A stretch of DNA of 63,561 bases, the filler included, from Chiloscyllium plagiosum (lineage: Eukaryota), in assembly GCF_004010195.1 (NCBI RefSeq). It is 3 parts of one record of this genome, joined end to end, with 100 filler letters (N's around TTAATTAATTAA, not from the genome) between each part and the next. Parts side by side here need not be neighbours in the genome. Positions count along the whole stretch, not along the records: positions 44,254 to 63,561 come from NC_057717.1; 2 more parts are not named here. The stretch is one strand, 5' to 3'. Made by a program: the position numbers and the translations under genes. Within the stretch, counting starts at the first letter, position 1, and each line of letters starts with the position of its first letter. Shown in pieces: positions 60,730 through 63,561 of the stretch. The notes beneath the pieces are model-generated. The model ran no database searches and was not told the origin of the DNA. It was given only the letters and a program-made list of their open reading frames with translations.

Positions 60730-63556
60730 TGTTGCTGGCTGTGAATCTTATCAAATCGAATGGATCGGTTGGAGAGACAGTTAGAAGCAATGGGTAATAT
60801 TCAACAGCCACAGTATGTGATGGATGGCAGTTGTAGGAAGGTGGAAGGTCTCAGAGGCAGTTACACGGATGGGTTAACTCCAAGAAAGTAAGAGAGGTGG
60901 GCAGCTAGTGCAGGAGTCTTTTATTGATACAGTCATTTCAAACAGGAATGCTGTTTTGGAAAACGTAGGCGGTAATGGATTCTTAGTAGAACATAGCACG
61001 AACAGCCACGTTTCTGATATCGAGACTGGCTCTAATGCAACGTGGGATAGGTCGGGTACCAAGAGATCAATTGTGTTACGGGAATTCTCTAGTTCGAGAT
61101 TTCTGTGGCCAGCAGCGACATATCAATTTGCTTTCCTGGTGCCAGGACCAAGGATGTTTCAGAGAGTGTACAGAATGTTCTTATGGGGGCTCCCACAGTC
61201 CAAAGATGTGCAGGTCAGGTGAATTGGCCATGCTAAATTGCCCGTAGTGTTAGGTAAGGGGTAAATGTAAGGGCATGGGTGGGTTGCGCTTCGGCGGGTC
61301 GGTGTGGAGTTGTTGGGCCGAAAGGCCTGTTTCCACGCTGTAATGTAATCTAATCTGAAAGGATATTACAGAGAGTTAGACAGGTATTTAAGATGGAGGT
61401 CCTCAAGCGATGTAATATCTTGTTATTCCCGGTGCTACGAGCTAGTGAGGGCAGGAATAGGAGAATACAGCAGACGAATGCTTGGCTGAGAAACTGGTGT
61501 ATGAGGGAAGGAATCACATTTTTAGATCATTGGAATATCTTTTGGGGTAGAAGTGACCTGTACAGAAGGACGGATTGCACCTAAATTGGAAGGTGACTAA
61601 TACATTGGCAGGGAGATTTGCTAGAACTGGTCGGGAGGACTTAAGCTCGTAAAGTGGGGTGAGGAGGGGTGGGAACCAGGGAGATAGTCAGGAAAGATAT
61701 CAATCTGAGAGTGGTACATTGAGAACAGAAGGGAGTCAAACAGTCAGGGCAGGCAGGAACAAGGTAAGACAAATACATTAAACTGCATTTATTTCAATGC
61801 AAGAGGCCTAACAGGGAATGCAAATGAACTCAGGACATGGCTAGGAACATAGGACTTGAATCGCAAAGCAATTTCAGAAACACTGGCGGCATATATTCGC
61901 ACATAAAGGGACTGCTGGAAAATGGGAAACCTTTAGAATTTAGATAACAAGAATCCAGAGAAAGTATATTCCTGTTGAGGTGAAACTAAAGGCTGGTAGG
62001 TATAGAGAATATTCGATGACTAAAGAAATTGAGGGTTTGGTTATGAAAAAGAAGGAAGCACATGTAAGATATGGATAGGATATGTCGAGTGAACCTTTGG
62101 AAGAGAATAAAGGATGTAGGAGTATCCTTAAGAGGGAAATCAGGAGAGCAACAATGGGACATGAGATAGAATTGGCAAATAGAATTAGGGATGATCCAAA
62201 GAATTTGTACAAATACATAAAAGAAAAAAGGGTAACTCGGGGGAGAATAGGGCCCCTATTCTCGGATTAGGGACAGTCAACATGGTTTTATGCGTGGGAA
62301 ATCATGTCTCCAAACTTGATTGAGTTTTTAGAGTAAGTAACAAAGAGGTTTGATGAGGGCAGAGCGGTGGATGTGATCGATACGGACTTCAGTAAGGTGT
62401 TCGACAAGGTTACATTGGCGAAAGATTAGCAAGGTTAGATCTCACGGTATACAGGGACAACTAACCATTTGGATACAGAACTGGCTCAAAGGTAGAAGAC
62501 AAAGTGTGGTGTTGACGGGTTGTTTTTCAGACTGGAGGCCTGTTACCAGTGGAATGCCACAAGGATCGCTGCTGTGTCCTTTATTTTTTGTCGTTTACTT
62601 AAATGATTTGGGTGCAATTATAAGAGGTACCGTTAGTAAGTTTGCAGATTACAGCAAATTTTGAGGTGTAGTGGACAGCGAAAAGGGTTAAGTTAGATTA
62701 CAACAGGATCTTGACCAGATGGGCCAATGGGTTGAGAATTTGCAGATGGTGTTTGAGTCAAATAAATGCGAGGTGTTGCATTTTGCGAAAGCAAATCTAC
62801 ACTTCTACACTTAACGGAAAGGTCCGAGGGAGTGTTGCTGAATAAAGAGACTTTGGAGTGCAGGTTCACAGCTCGTTGAAAGTGGCGTCGCAGGTACATA
62901 GGGTAGGGCAGAAGGCGTTTGGTATGCTTTCCTTTGTTGGTCAGAGTATTGAGTAAAGAAGTCGGGAGATCATGTTGCGGCTATACAGGACATTGGTTAG
63001 ACGACTATTGTAACCTTGCGTGTAATTTTAGTCTCCTTCCTATCGGACAGATGCTGTGAACATTGAAAGGCTTCAGAAATATTTACAAGGATGTTGCCGG
63101 GGTTGCACTATTTGATCGAGAGGGAGATTAGGCTGGGGCGGTTTTCCCTGGAGCGTCGGAGGCTGAGTAGTGACCTTACAGAGGTTCACAAAATTATCAG
63201 GGGCATGTATAGGATTAATAGGCAAAGTCTTTTACCTGGGGTCGGGGAGTCCAGAACTCAAGGGCATAGGTTCAAGGTGATGGAGAAAAGATATAAAAGC
63301 GACCTAAGGGGCAACGTTTTCACGCAGAGGGAGGTTCGTTCATGGAATTATCTGCCGGAGGAAGTGGTGGAGGCTGGTACAATTGAAACATTTAAGAGGC
63401 ATTAGGATGGATATATGAATAGGAGGCGTTTGGAAAGATATGGGCCGGGTGCTGACAGGTGGGACTAGATTGGGTTGGGATATCTGGTTGGCATGGACGG
63501 GTTGGACGGAAGGATCTGTTTACATACTGTACATCTCTATGACTCTATGACTCTAT
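60730..63556 (+). mobile_element. CR1 LINE with ORF1 and an internally deleted ORF2
   Basis: ORF1 remnants RMDRLERQLEAM and WLRNWCMREGITFLDHW. RT motifs DFSKVFDKV, MPQGSLL, SKFAD. (ACTCTATG)n tail at the window end. Confidence 0.9.
61190..61356 (+). mobile_element. 5'-truncated HE1-type SINE inside CR1 ORF1
   Basis: Matches the 3' half of the SINEs at 7643 and 30138, with a (taatc)n tail. Confidence 0.88.
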
Positions 63557-63561
63557 ATCCC

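Overview
Repeat-dense vertebrate genomic DNA, most likely from a cartilaginous fish. HE1-type SINEs, abundant CR1 LINEs and shark-type Penelope elements point to a shark such as a bamboo shark; this is inferred, not confirmed. There are five assembly gaps. Most of the window is decayed retroelements: CR1, Rex1/Babar, Penelope with hammerhead-ribozyme motifs, and SINEs. Notable non-routine content: (1) three + strand exons of a cathepsin L/S/K-family gene (38600-38818, ~44663-44765, 47206-47305) in which the catalytic Cys is Ser and the catalytic His is Asp, while the disulfide cysteines and the catalytic Asn are kept, making it a candidate pseudo-protease or a pseudogene; (2) a ~5.5 kb inverted duplication (28437-33856 vs 38151-43887) whose left arm lacks exactly the segment carrying the Ser-site exon; (3) the first coding exon of a GPR139-like GPCR on the - strand at ~18 kb; (4) a class I (gamma/epsilon-like) endogenous retrovirus (gag-pro-pol-env, - strand, ~48.7-56.1 kb) with an open env TM frame, interrupted by a TSD-flanked Penelope; (5) two adjacent tRNA pseudogenes, a decayed Harbinger-type Myb/SANT gene and several minisatellites. 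All family assignments come from reading motifs by eye; no database searches were run.
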